Of a stretch of 64,000 bases of DNA, positions 39,301 to 52,616 are shown in pieces. Within the stretch, counting starts at the first letter, position 1; each line of letters starts with the position of its first letter. The position numbers and the translations under genes are program-made. The notes beneath the pieces are model-generated. The model did not search any database. It was not told the origin of the DNA and saw only the letters and a list, made by a program, of their open reading frames with translations. The DNA is taken from assembly GCF_004010195.1 (NCBI RefSeq), contig NC_057711.1, positions 53,285,750-53,349,749 of the forward strand, read 5' to 3'. Source of the stretch: Chiloscyllium plagiosum (lineage: Eukaryota).

Positions 39301-39567
39301 GAGCAGAGAGTGTTCAGCAGGAGAAGATAAAAGGTAGGGAGGAGGGACTTGGAGGAGGGGCGTTGGAAATGTGATAGGTGGAGAGAGGTCAAGGTGAGGG
39401 TGATAGGTCGGAGTAGGATGGAGGCGGAGAGGTCAACAAGAAGACTGCAGGTCAGGAAGGCGACGTGGTCGACGGTGCCCTCCACCGCATCTCCTCCACT
39501 TCCAACTCCCCTCCTCCAAGTCCCTCCTCCCTACCTTTTATCTTCTCCTGCTGAACACTCTCTGCTC

Positions 39568-39603
39568 ATTCCTGAAGAAGGGCATGTGCCCGAAACGTCG
39601 AAT
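39568..39603 (+). ncRNA. Minimal type I hammerhead ribozyme, intact core; predicted cut after 39599
   Basis: ATTC CTGAAGA A GGGC ATGT GCCC GAA ACGT C GAAT. Confidence 0.8.
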
Positions 39604-42011
39604 CTTCTGTTCCCTAGATGCTGCCTGACCTGCTGTGCTGTTCTGGAGAGAAGTGAGGGGGGAGGTGTGGGCGCAAGTGTTGCACCTCCTGCGGTTGCAA
39701 GGGAAGGTGCCGGGAGTGGAGGTTGGGTCGGTAGCTGGTGTGGATCTGACAAGGGAGTGGCGGAGGGAGTGGTCTGTACGGAAGGCTGGTAGGGGAGGGG
39801 AGGGAAATATATCCTTGGTGCTGGGGTCTGTTTGGAGGTGGCGGAAGTGACGGCAGATGATGCGCTGTACATGGAGATTGGTGGGGTGGTAGGTGAGGAC
39901 CAGTGGGGTTCTGTCCTGGTGGCGGTTGGAGGGGCAGGGCTATTTTCATCTTGAAATTGATGCTCATTTGAAGGAAATTAACTTGCAGGGCTCCAATGTC
40001 AGAGCAGGAATATGAGACTGACTGGATTACTTCACAGGGAACGGGTATGGACTTGATGTGCTGAATGATCTCCTTCTGAATGACTGTATGGTTAGAAAGA
40101 TTAGTGGAGAGATTCACCCTTCCAGAAGAGACATTGGTGGCTAGCTGAAGGCCTGCCCAGTAGTTACAAAGTGCGTTTGGAAGCTAAACAAGCTCCTCAT
40201 GGGATCTTTGCTCCTCACTGGGTGGAGGTCCTGTTGTTGGGAGCTGCTGACCGATCTGAATGGCTGGAAGCTTCATCAGTCCTTCAGCATCAGAGCTTTA
40301 TAGTAGGCACTGCCAGGACTGCAAACAGACCTGGAAGAAGGCCACATGGATCCCAAATCCCAGAAAGCTTGGAGACACTGTGCTGGATTTTTTTTTGGTA
40401 ACTCTGGGAGGGGAGAAGGGAGACTGTGTTTTACAGAATGAGCATTTGGAAGGAAGCAAGGAGTTGTTAATTTCTCAGTTCTGCCCATACTGGGCAAGGG
40501 ACACACACCAACTATAGCATCCTCCCCTTCTTTCCCACTGTTAAAGGACTTTTAAAAAAAAGCCATTATGAATCTTATTCCTGCGCAACTATCCACGTCA
40601 ACCATATTGTGGCATTGGCAGCGTAGTATAGGCACTCATTGAGCATTTAACAAGCACAATTGACCTTGATTATTTACTTATGTATAGTGGGCAGGCTGTT
40701 AATGTTGGCACCCAGCCACCCCTCAAGGGTGAGCTTGTTTTGGAGGTGAGGATAGGTAGAGGGGGGAGGGGGAGGGGGGGAGTGACAGACTACACACCTG
40801 AATGTTATTACACTCTTTCACTCCATAAGCTTGTAATATTCCACATGATCTCTCTAAGAAGTGGATTTTCCTGTCCCAGTAATGAATTGCTACTATCAAG
40901 CCAAACCCTGCCATGTGTAGGCGACTGCGGGAAATGACTCTAGCTAATCCTTCTGACATTCTCGCCAAAGATCACAAGCACCTTCAGAAGGTCTTTAGAG
41001 ATGGTCTATGGGGAAGTTGTCGAACTGCTGACACTTCTGGAAGGAGAAAGCCCAATAGTAGGCATACATCCTTTACCACTGGACCTAAGATCTTACTTTT
41101 TAAGCCTCACACAAGTGTGAGAAATTTAAAAATACAAAATTGACTCCTTCACATTTCTGGGTCTTTCTGTTTCTTCTCAATGGCCTCCTATGACTGCAAA
41201 CAATAGATTTTTATTGGGTAAGAGTACCACTGGGTATAAAGCAAAGACAGGTAAATAAGATTAGAATATTATCTAGTTTAATGGCAGGACAGGTTGAAGG
41301 GGCTCAGTGGTCCATTCCTGTTCCTATATTCTAATTCCTTTCTGCTGGAAATGCTGTGGCAGTCTGCTTTGTTCACCAGGAATGGCAGACCTCACTCTTA
41401 GTTACAGCGATCTTCCAAGAAGCCTAACCTGCCAGATAATGACCTCTTCATCCAAGAAACTATGTCTGTTGCCTGAAGGGTATAACTGCTGTCTTCCCTC
41501 TCCTCCTGTCGAAGGACCGAAACCTAGTCTTCAGTCTTCCTGATTTAGAAAACAAATATTCATATTTTAAAACCATTACTTTTGATTCTTCTTTTCTGTC
41601 ATACCATGTACCATCTCGCGAAAACAGATACCTGCCCAGAAACTCACCATGACACTGCAGTTGATTTTGCTAACTAGTGCATGAGAATCACAGACATGAT
41701 TTGCATTTTGTGCCATGTCACCACCAAAATCTACAGAAGCCTTATTGTAAGTCACTGAACACTTCCGTTTATAATGCAAACATTACTAAGACATTTTGAT
41801 TCCATTTTATTTTGCTAGATACTCTACCAGTTCTTTTTTCCAAGGTTACTAAGTATAAAAAATTGTTGCCCTAGATATTACAGCAATAAACAGGTAACAT
41901 TCTGACGATCTACAGAGAAGAACAAGTTAGCATTTTTAATATATGGACTCTATATTTATAGGTATTTTGGTGCATAAAAGCAGCTCAACAGTGAATTTGT
42001 TTGTCTTCCAG

Positions 42012-42164
42012 GTGGAACTGTTTTTTGATTCTATAAAGGAACATAGCTCCCAGCTAAGATGCACTCAGCTTGCCCTGGAAAGCATTCAGAAAAACATTAG
42101 GTGGCTGGAGAGGAATCTGGACGTCCTCAGAAGTTGGTTACTGAATATAACTGCAAATCCATAA
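42012..42164 (+). CDS. ERAP2: ERAP2-like last coding exon: VELFFDSIKEHSSQLRCTQLALESIQKNIRWLERNLDVLRSWLLNITANP*
   Basis: ttccag acceptor, TAA stop; NIxWL...WL C-terminus of M1 peptidases. Confidence 0.94.
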   Translation: MELFFDSIKEHSSQLRCTQLALESIQKNIRWLERNLDVLRSWLLNITANP

Positions 42165-42990
42165 TGGATTGTCAAATTATGGATTTGTTTACAATTCAAT
42201 TCTCTCCTCTCACTTCAGTGATTCCTGAATAGGAGATTTATCTCTTGTCACTGATTATTGCCATTGCTAAATCAATTGTTACCAATTTGTAAAGAGTGAA
42301 ACAAATGTATTGACGTGTAACATATTATTACTGCATAGCCCTCACAGTAATAACAAGTTATTCTATAATTGTGGGATAATATTAAAACCAAATCATGGCT
42401 TTTGCTTACCTCTCTCCAGTGTGTGTATATATGAATACCTGTCAGTGTTACAGGAGGTGTATGTTTGTGACACATAAATTAACTATCTGTCCAAAGTAAA
42501 AGGAATATTTTGTTATTTATTCGTGGCTTTGGAAGACCTTTTATATGAATATTTTGTATTATGAAAAATTAGATTATATTCATCAATTGAGCCAATGTTT
42601 AAAATAAATTTAGTTTACAGTGCTTAAATTATATTCAAAACTAAATTATGTTCTCTTGAACAGAAACTGGTCATTGCACACTTAGACTTTGGGCCTCTAA
42701 AAGTAACATTTTGACTGATACTTCTGCATTGCTTTAAATCAGGTCCATGAGCGCTTTCTTCAGCCAACTCTCTCATATAATTCAGTTCCTCTACTTCATC
42801 TCACTGCTTAGTTGATTTGAATAAAATTGATAAAAGGTTTGGGATTAGCAGGCATTGCTTATCAGAATCTAATCAAATGCTTTTTAAATGTGATTTCTAT
42901 TTGTTTACAAAATATTCCCATGTTAAGGAAAGTGAAAAATACAGCATATACACTGACATCAATGTTATATGGTTGATTGCTTGTTAATAG

Positions 42991-42996
42991 AATAAA
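42991..42996 (+). terminator. Candidate polyadenylation signal (others at 42603 and 42820)
   Basis: AATAAA followed about 20 nt later by a GT/T-rich tract (gtttggtgtctttt). Confidence 0.55.
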
Positions 42997-43442
42997 CAGC
43001 TTGATTCTTAGCCAGTTTGGTGTCTTTATATATGATTGAATGATAGAAAGAATGTTTGCCTTTCAACTCAAATGACAATTGGGAGCATAAGAAATCAGAA
43101 CAGGAGTAGGTCATACAGCGTTCAACCTGTTCTGCCATTAAATAGGATCATGGCTAGCCTTCAGCTTCAACTCCACTTCCTGTCTGCTCCTTAAAATACC
43201 TTAATTTCCTGATAGATCAAACACCTACCCATCAATCACTTCCAGAACTTATTAAGCTCTTTCCTGTAATAATTTGTTATATGTTCATTCAGAAATAAAC
43301 TTGTTTCTTCTCAACAATTATCATAGTGTTGTGCATCAAGAACTACAATTAAGATGCATTTAAGTAATATTCTAATTTGAAACTAAATTTGGATATGCAT
43401 TTGGTTGACATTTATTATATGAGAAGCTTAGATGTTATAAAA

Positions 43443-45065
43443 CTACATAACATAGGGAGCAGCAATAGGCCATTCAGCCCATTGAGTCTGCTCTGCCATT
43501 CATTAGATCATGGTTGATGCGATAATTCTCAATTCCACTTTCCTACATTATCCCCTGCATAATGTTTGATTCCAACACAGGTTAAAAATCTACCTATCTC
43601 AGCCTTTAACTTCTACAGCCTTATGTGGTAAAGAATTTTACAGATTCACTACTTTCTGAGAGATAAATGGCTCATCATTTCTGCCTTAAGTGGGTCACCC
43701 TTTACCCTGAGAATATGCCCTCTGGCACTAGATTTTCTGTCAAGGAGAAAAAATGTCTCTATAGCTATCCTGTCAAGCCCCATAAGAATTTTGTATGTCT
43801 GTATAAAGTTGCCTCTCATTCTGTTAAGCTCCAATGAGTAAAGGTTCAACCCAACGTAACCTCTCCTCATATGAAAATCATAACATGCCCAGAAACAACC
43901 TAGTGAATGTTTTTTTCTGGACCACCTCCTATGCCAATATATATTTGCTTAGATTAGGGATACAACACTGTTCACAATATCTAAGGTAGGGTCTAACTAT
44001 TGCCTTTTATAGTTTGAGCAATACATTTCTATTTAGACACTCAATTCCCTTTGACTTAAAGGCCAAACATTTGTCTTCTATATGACTTGATGAACTTGAA
44101 TGCTGTTTTTTTTATTTATGTTCGTGAATTTTCAAACTGCAGCTTTCTGCAGTCTTTCTCCATTTAAATAATGATCAGCTCCTCCAATCTTCCTTCCAAA
44201 GTGTCTAATTTCACATTTTCCCACATGACATGCCATCTGCAAAGTTCTTGGCCATTTGTTTAACCTATGTTTTTCAGCAGACTTCTTGTATCATCCTTAT
44301 TACTTCCTTTCCCTCTATTTTGTGTCATCTGCAAACTTGGTAGGACATTCACTTCCCTCATCCAAGTTATTAATACGTATTGTGGCCTCAGCACATGTCC
44401 CTGTATCACTCACTTGTTACAGATTGCCATCCTGAAAATGTCTCTTCTTATTCCAACTCTGTCTTCTATTAGCAAATTTTCTATTCATGCTAATATACTA
44501 CCACAAAACCATGAGCCCTTGTCTAATTAAGTAGCCTAACATGGGGTATCTTATGAAACCCCATCTGGAAATACATTACATCTACTAATCCTCCTTTATC
44601 TATTCTGCTTGTTACCTACTCAAAGGATTCTATCAAAATTGTCAGGTATGATTTTTTCTTTCACAAAGCCACATTGACTCGGATGAATTATATTATGTGT
44701 TTAATATATTGATGAACTTATGCTCTGCTACTGTACTCTTTGAAATAGACTCTTAATATTTGCCCTCTAATAAATGTTAAGCTCACCAACAAATTTCAAA
44801 TAAGCAGTTTTTCAAATAAGCAAGGGCAGTTTTCCAAACTTCCAACAGTGTTCCAGAATTGAAGGATTCCTGAAGGTTATCATCACTGCATCTGATACCT
44901 CTGTAGCTATTTACTTTAAATTCTGAGGATGCATCCCATCCGGTCCAGAGGACTTATCAGCTTTTAGTCTCATTAGATTTCTGAGCACTTTTTATTTTGT
45001 GATAGTTATCATAATTATTTCCTCTCTTTTGCCTCAAAGTCATTTTGTACTTTTTAAGTGTTGTT
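43443..45065 (-). mobile_element. Old CR1 fragment (another tail at 43085-43230)
   Basis: LYSLELNRMRGNFIQTYKIL peptide; degenerate RT. Confidence 0.8.
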
Positions 45066-45267
45066 ACTGATGTTACAACACGCGACACAGGTCAACAAAG
45101 TCAGCCTTTCTACCTCTGGATTCCTACCACAGCAAAGCTAAAATAATCAAAGACCCTGAATAGTTACTTCAATGGATCCTAACTAGACTGTTGAATAACC
45201 AATCCCAGACTTTGTGAATAATTAATTCCAATCAGCATGTCTTAAACAGAAGGCATATTTCTTTAGG

Positions 45268-47419
45268 CCAGGAGTTGGGAACTACAGACTGGGAGCAATT
45301 GTTCCACAGGAAGGGCACCACAGATATGTGGAGACCGTTTAAGGAGCAGTTGTTGCAAGTGATGCATGAATTTGTTCCTCTGAGACAGGTAAGAAGGGGT
45401 AAGATTAAGGAACCTTGGATGACGAGAACAGAGGAGCTTCTTGTCAAAATGAAGAAGGCAGCTTACATAAGGTGGAGGAAGGAAGGATCTAGCACAGCTT
45501 TAGAAGATCTTGCTTGAAAGGAGCTCAGAAATGGACTAAGGAGAGCCAGGAAGGTGCACAAAAAAGGCTTGGCAAGAAGGATTAGGGAGAACCCAAAGGC
45601 ATTTTACTCATATGTGAGGAATAAGAGAATGATCAGGGAGAAGGTAGGGCCGATCAAGGATAGCAGATGAAACTTGTGCGTAGAGTCTGAGCAGATAGGG
45701 GAAGCTCTAATTGAGCTTTCTGCTTCAGTTTTCACTAATGAGAGGGACTTTGTTGTAAATGAGAACTTTGAGGAGCTGAGAAACAGGCTTAAACAGATCA
45801 AGATTGGTGAAGTTGATGTGCTGGAAATTTTGGCAAACATTAAGATTGATAAGTCCCCAGGGCCAGACCAGATTTATCCTAGGCTGCTCCAAGAAATGAG
45901 AAAAGAGGTTGCCAAGCCACTGGTGAAGATCTGTGCTTCCTCACTCTCCACGGGAGTCGTACGGGAGGATTGGAAGGAGGTGAATGTTGTTTCTCTTTTC
46001 AAGAAGGATAATAGGAAAATCCCTGGCAATTACAGACCAATCAGTCTTACATCTGTGATCAGCAAAGTTTTGGAAAGAATTCTGAGGGGTAGGATTTATG
46101 ACTATTTGGAAAAGCATAGCGTGATTAAAGGCAGTCAGCATGGCTTTGTGAGGGGCAGGTCATGCCTCACAAATCTTATTGAGTTCTTTGAGGAGGTGAC
46201 AAGACAGGTCAATGAAGGTCGAGCATTGGTTGTAGTGTTAATGGAATTCAGTAAGGCATTTGATAAGGTTCCCCATGGTAGGCTCATACATAAAGTCAGA
46301 AAGTGTGGGATACAGGGAGATTTGACTATCTGGATTCAGAATTGGTTGGCTGACAAAAGGCAGAGATTGGTTGTAGATGGAAAGTATTCTGCCTGGAGGT
46401 CAGTGTTGAGTGGAGTCCCACAGGGCTCTGTTCTTGGGCCTCTGCTCTCTGTAGATTTTATAAATGACTTGGATGAGGAGGTTGAGGGGTGGTTAGTAAA
46501 TTTGCAGATGACACAAAGGTTGGAGGTGCTGTCGATAGTGTCAAGGGCTATTGCAGTCTGCAGCGCAACATAGACAGGGCACAGAGCTGGGCTGAGAAAT
46601 GACAGCTGGAGTTCAACCTGGACAAGTACGAAGTGATGCATTTTGGAAGGTTGAACTAGAATGCTGAATATAGGATTAAAGACAGTCTTCTTGGCAGTGT
46701 GGAGGAACAGAGGGATCTGGGTGTTCAAGTACATAGATTCCTCAAAGTTGCCACCCAAGTGGATAGGTTTATTAAGAAAGCATATGGTGTTTTGGCTTTC
46801 ATTAACAAGGAGATCGAGTTTAAAAGCTATGAGGTTTTGCTACAGCTCTACAAGTCCCTGGTGAGACCACACTTGGAATATTGTGTCCAGTTCTGGTCGC
46901 CCTACTATAGGAAAGATACAGAGGCTTTGGAGAGGGTGCAAAGAAGGTTTACTAGGATGCTGCCTGGACTGGAGGGATTGTCTTATGAAGAGAGGTTGAC
47001 TAAGCTCAGACTTTTCTCTCTGGAGAGAAGGAGCAAGAGAGGTGACCTGATCGAGGTATACAAGATAATGAGAGGCATGGATAGAGTCAATAGCCAGAGA
47101 CTTTTCCCCAGGGCAGTATTGGCTGGCACAGGCGGTCATAGTTTTAAGGTATTAGGGGAAAGGTATAGAGGGGACATCAGAGGAAGATTCTTTACGCAGA
47201 GAGTTCTGAATGCATGGAATGCATTGTCAGCAGTGGTGGTGGAAGCAGAGTCATTAGGGACGTTTGCGTGACTGATGGACGTGCACATGGATAGCAGTGA
47301 ATTAAGAGTGCGTAGGTTAAGTTATTTTATTTTACATTAGGATTAATCCTCGGCACAACATAGTGGGCCAAAGGGCTTGTTTTGTGCTGTACGTTTCTAT
47401 GTTCTATGTTTTATGTTTA
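45268..47419 (+). mobile_element. 5'-truncated CR1 ORF2 (RT) with stops/frameshifts
   Basis: [35 protein letters not shown]; (ttctatg)n tail. Confidence 0.95.
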
Positions 47420-48332
47420 AATACACATTAGCTTTAGCATAGAAAAATTAAACAACAAAGTATCTCATAGATGTCTATGCATAAAACCCAAAACATTTGT
47501 TTACAGCTCCCTTCTTTACACAAAAGACAAACAAAGGAACAAACACAGTTCGGGAATAAATAGAACAAAATGACAAAACTGACCAGATTACTTAATGGTT
47601 TTCACAAGGCATTCACACAGGTACAGGTAGTAATACTTTTAACTCAGTGTCTTACTGTGTGGCTTCCAAAAGCTGGTGAGGTAGATTAGCCAGAGAGCTT
47701 TCAAATCTGTAGGCTATCCCATTAGTAGCCAAACTTCCTTAGAAGTTACACTTCACAAAAATAACTTCAACTATGGTTTTGTCATAATAGACCTTTTCCT
47801 GAGGTCTCAGTTACATTCAACATCTGCCATCTGCTTGAATATAGGCTATCATCCTGACTTGCCAGAACCAATTCACAGGTACCAACCTTGTTAATAGCCA
47901 ACTTTGATATCTGTTTAAACACAATGCTCTTTCTGGGGTTGTTGTGTGTGTAGAAAGCCTTTTAGTCAAGGATCAGTCTGCATTTAATCTTCAGGCATAA
48001 CCTCACAAACAAACAAAATCTTGTTTAATCTATTATTTTCCTTTTGCAGCAGGCTATTTCACAAAGTCCAAAAGTTATATTCAGCCCATAATTCCTGGTT
48101 CACAGGTCCAATCCAAAAGTGATTAAAGAATAAAAATAACAACATTTAAAAACAGTGAGGGTTCTAACATGCCTCCACCCTCAAATCATGAACTGCCACT
48201 TTTATAAGAATGCATTTAATGTCAAGGGTTAATGACACTTAAATGACAAACGAAACAGAAATCTCCCAGATATTCATTCTTCCTTCCATAAGATTCTTAT
48301 TCACTATTCAGCTTTCTTGGTCACGTTCTTAA

Positions 48333-48507
48333 ATTTAGATTAGATTAGATTCCCTACAGTGTGGAAACAGGCCCTTTGGCCCAACCAGTCCACACCGACC
48401 CTCTGAAGAGTAACCCGCCCAGACCCACTTCCCTCTGACTAATGCACCTATCCCTATCCCTATTCCTATGGGCAATTTAGCATGGCCAATTCACCTGACC
48501 TGCACAT
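48333..48507 (-). mobile_element. HE1-type SINE 3' half
   Basis: (ttaga)n tail and match to 60382-60535. Confidence 0.85.
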
Positions 48508-49628
48508 TTACGACAGTTTAGATTTGAAATAAGATATCAGCAATTACATTTTCGTTTGTGGAAACATGTACAGTTTTTATGTAAACTGGCTGCAGATCTA
48601 ACTCCATCTGAACAACCTTGGAGTCTTTAAAGCATTCCACAAATGTAAATGGATTGTGGTCAGTAAAAACAACAGTTTCAAAATCTCTATTTTGAAAATA
48701 AACTTGAACTGCTGTTAACATAACCAATGCTTCCTCTTCCATCATTGAAATGGAATATCTCAGCTTTCCACAAGCTATTAGGTGTGACAAATGCAGACAT
48801 TACCTTCATTCTTGTTGTTTGTGGTACTTGCCAATATCTTAACAGATCAATTTTAGATAACAGTGATGCACTACCAATCCTATCAATACAATCTTCTAGG
48901 GTGGGAATAAGTATGAATCCATCTTTGTGACTGCAATCCTTTTTCCAAAATCTGCACCTAAACTAATTGAACCATCTGGTTTAGGAACCAATACTACAGA
49001 TTTTCAATGACTCTGACTTGATTTGATCAATTGATTCCCCAATATGTATTGAATTTCCCCTGTTACTTTGGCCTGTTTCTCTGGGTTTAATTAATGTGAG
49101 TTTTGCTTTATCCGGTCCAAACTATCTACATCCACATCATGTTCGGTTAATATGGTACAGCCAACTATATCTTCATAAACATCTTTTTATTTTTTTGAGC
49201 AATTTCACTATACCTCTCTGTCGATCTTCCTCCAGGTGGGAAAATACAGTGTCTAAATTCTCTAATATCTCCAAATTTATTAATCTCATCTCTGATTCTC
49301 TTTAGTTCTCCTCCTTCTTTCTTATTTCCTCCTCTACTATTTTATCATATTTCACTGTTCCTTAGGGGATCTTTTACTCTCAGATCATTAAAGCCTACCT
49401 CTTTATCAAATACCAGAATCAGAGTAGTTTCTAGTGGGCTTCACAACATATAATTGTAGGAAACTGTCCTTAATACCTGTCCTGACCTACTGTTAGGCCA
49501 GGGAAGGATGGGAGCTAAACTGTTTTTGGATAATTGAGAAATATTTGTTCACACATCAATTACACAAGAGTGGCTTGGTCGCCTTTCCTCCCCGAATTAC
49601 AGCATAAACAGCAATATGGAAAATGTCA

Positions 49629-50745
49629 CAGAGTCATAGAGATGTACAACAGAAAATAGACCCTTTGGTCCAACTCGTCCATGCCGACCAGATATCCTAA
49701 ATTAATTTAGTCCCATTTGCCAGTACTTGGTCCATATCCCTTGAAACCCTTCCTATTCATTTACCCATTCAGATGCTTTATGTATATTTATTGAAAAATG
49801 TTAACTCTTTTACAAAAAAAACTCAAAATGTTATAAAAATAAAGAAGTACAGAAAAGTAGAAATAATATCACATTATTATATTACAGTAATGTTAACAAT
49901 AAACTGCCTACTGCTCTTCAAGATACAATTGTCTCATTTACTTAACGTAACCTAAATTAAAATAATCTCAAATTAAATGAAATAGTATTAAATTAATTAC
50001 AATTCAATAAAATTAAATTACATTACACTGCACTATATTATATTACATGACTCCACTCACCACACCTCCACTGAAGCTTCCCTCCATGGGCAGATGCCTT
50101 TTAAATGCTGCAATTTTCCCAGTCTCCACCACTTCCTCTGGCAGCTCATTCCATACAAGCACCACACTTTGTGTGAAAGCATTGCCTCTTAGTCCCTATT
50201 AAATCTTTCCTCTCTCACCTTAAACCTATGCCTTCTAATTCTGGGCTCCCCAACCCAGGGAAAATACCTTGTATATTTATCCTATCCATGCCCCTCATGA
50301 TTTTAGAAATCTCTATAAGGTCACACCTCAGTGTCTGATGCTCCAGGGAAAACAGGGCCAGTCTATTCAGCCTCTCCCTTTAGCTCAAGCTCATCAACCC
50401 TGGCAACATCCTTGTAAACCTTTTCTAAACCTTTTCAAGTTTCACAACATTCTTTCTATAGGAGGGAGACTGGAATTGCAGACAATATTCCAAAAGTGGC
50501 CGAACCATTGTCCTGTACAGCCACAAGGAGACCTCCCAACACCTATACTCAATGCTCTGACCAACAAAGGAAAGCATACCAAATACCTTCTTCACTATCC
50601 TATCTATCTGCGACTCCACTTTCAAGGAATTATGAACCTGCACTCCAAGGTCTCTTTGGTCAAAAAGATTTCTCAGGACCTTACCATTAAGTGTATGAGT
50701 CCTGCCCTGAATTGCCTTTGCAAAATGCAGCACCTCAGATTAATC
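49629..50745 (-). mobile_element. CR1 3' fragment with nested insertion 49777-50090
   Basis: QRDLGVQVHNSLKV...LYRTMVRPLLEYC peptide. Confidence 0.9.
49777..50090 (-). mobile_element. 3' end of a polyadenylated retro-sequence (L1/Tx1-like)
   Basis: CAGATGC duplicated at 49770-49776/50091-50097; reverse strand ends AATAAA-tatacataaa. Confidence 0.6.
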
Positions 50746-51873
50746 TAAACTAAAGTCAACGATGGGATTTCTCCATTTTGTAAAATTAAAAATGCTGAAT
50801 CCCATTTGCTCCATTGCATTGTTCCCCATCAAATAACTTTAAAAATAACAATCAATAGAGGATTGTTTGTACCTATTTTCCAGGGAGTTGGGAACTTGTC
50901 TCCCGGGGAAACTGAAACTTCAGTTATTTGTGGTTTGACTCCTTGATTGAGATGGAGATGGGTTTCTTATTCATCTGGAGCTAGTGGTAATGGGAATGGA
51001 AGCAGGTCAGGTGAACTGTGGGATAAATTTAGACAGCCATCATGGAGGTTGTTGGTTATGCTGAGGGAGAAATTTGCAGAGTGTCAAAGCCACCCCCAGC
51101 ACCAGATGGAAATGAAATGTCACAGGAGAACTGGAGTCCTGGCATCAGTGGCAGGGCAGACTCTGACTTTATCGATACCAATCTGGATCTAATGCTGGAG
51201 GCTATGGGGGAGAAAGGAAACATCTTCTTCCTGGATGGTTACAGGAAAAAAACCACGTTTTCTGTAGGGACACGTTTTGTTCAATGTAATCTCCTTCCTC
51301 TTCCAGCCTCTCCTTCTCGCTTAACTTCTGTCACCGCCCTGATTGGCTGTCTCCTTCAGGGCTCACCAAACATGATCTATATATACATCACTGGAACCCC
51401 ATGCTATGGAGAGTGCAGCACACTACAACAATGATGAGGATCTTTTGGAAGAGTATTAAAGGCTACCACCCAGCTGGGATAGTGAAGCACTTCTTCTGAA
51501 GCCTGGTGACATGCTTAATACTATTGTGCTGTGCAGCTGGAATATATTGCATTACCACAGTGCCATACTTCCAGAGAAATGTGAGGACTCAACTCTTAAG
51601 GGATATTGCTTATCTCCTGGAATGATCTACTGTTCCAACCCTTGGTTTGGAATGATCTGTGGTGGCCTGGATTGCCAGAGGATAAAGGAGTCATAGCAGC
51701 TACCTGCAAAATGAGAACCCTCATGGAAGAATGTAAGAATTTGGTGTAGTAGGTCGTTTGGCTCCTAATCTACCTCACACCTCAACTCGTCTTTTATGTC
51801 AGCTTGTAATATCCATCAACTCCTCATTATTTCAAAAATCTATCTATCTCCTCTTTAAATGCATTTATGTCAT

Positions 51874-52185
51874 ACTAATGTCATTTACAAAATACTGTGA
51901 AGGACTGTAACAAACACTACATTGGGCAAATAGGCAGAAAACTAGCCACCAGGATACATGAACACCAACTAGCCGCAAAAAGACATGACCCTCTCTCACT
52001 AGTATCCTTACATATGGATGAGGAAGGACACCATTTCAACTGGGACAACACATCCATCCGAGGACAAGCCAAACAAAGACACGCACGAGAGTTCCTAGAA
52101 GCATGGCATTCCAACCGGAACTCTATCAACAAACACATCGAGTTAGACTCCATCTACCATCCCCTGAGAAAAGGAACAGGAAGCG
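51874..52185 (+). mobile_element. Penelope GIY-YIG endonuclease fragment inserted in an old reverse CR1 (about 51733-52480)
   Basis: NVIYKI..KDCNKHYIGQIGRKLATRIHEH...REFLEAWH...NSIN. Confidence 0.9.
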
Positions 52186-52616
52186 ACATTCCAGATATTT
52201 ATCTCCAAGGAAGAAATTCTTTTGCATCTCACTTTGAAACAGTGTCTCCCTAATCTGCAAGTATGCAACCTAATTTGAGATTCGCCCACTAGTGGAAAAA
52301 CCTTCTCAACATCTACCCTGTCAAGCCCCCTCAGAATCTTCTATGCTTGAATAAAATCATCTCTCACTATTCTAAACCCTAATGAGTCAAGGCCTAACCA
52401 AGTTAGTGATTCTTAACAAGTCAACCCCTTCATCCAAGGAATCAGCCAAATGAACCCCTTCTGAACTGTTTCCAATGTCAGTATCTTCAATACAAAGAAC
52501 ATGTATTGGACCCTCTTTCTGGATAAATAGTTACCCAATTATCCTTGGCAATCTTGCCTCTGCTCTTCTGCCACAGCCATACCAGTTTGATACTAATACT
52601 GCTCAAGCATTTAACA

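Larger units (their letters stand above)
39207..39940 (-). mobile_element. Penelope-like element (Neptune-type) fragment with inverted pLTRs
   Basis: 13-bp duplication tattttcatcttg (39194-39206/39941-39953); reverse strand encodes PLVLTYHPTNLHVQRII...PAFRTDHSL...PGTFPCNRRRCNTC; about 145-bp inverted repeat. Confidence 0.9.
38860..40085 (+). mobile_element. Old CR1 3' fragment split by a Penelope insertion
   Basis: CR1-like peptides in 38876-39193; sequence resumes after 39953. Confidence 0.65.
45071..49300 (-). mobile_element. Gypsy (Gmr1-like) LTR retrotransposon relic: RT-RNaseH remnants, PPT and 3' LTR (45071-48169) interrupted by CR1
   Basis: Reverse-strand LVPKPDGS, LEDCIDRIGSASLLSKIDL..YWQVP, FTDHNPF, NENVIAD; purine tract abutting TGTTAG; LTR ends TGTAACA. 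Confidence 0.75.

Noticed and set aside
40755-40782. G-rich tract with quadruplex potential (also 27040-27063)
   Set aside because: Low-complexity or repeat-derived with no supporting context
40090-41200. GC-richer block with several short ORFs (similar blocks at 10200-10930, 26440-26850, 50950-51700)
   Set aside because: Probably decayed transposon sequence, but no motif or terminus could be identified with confidence
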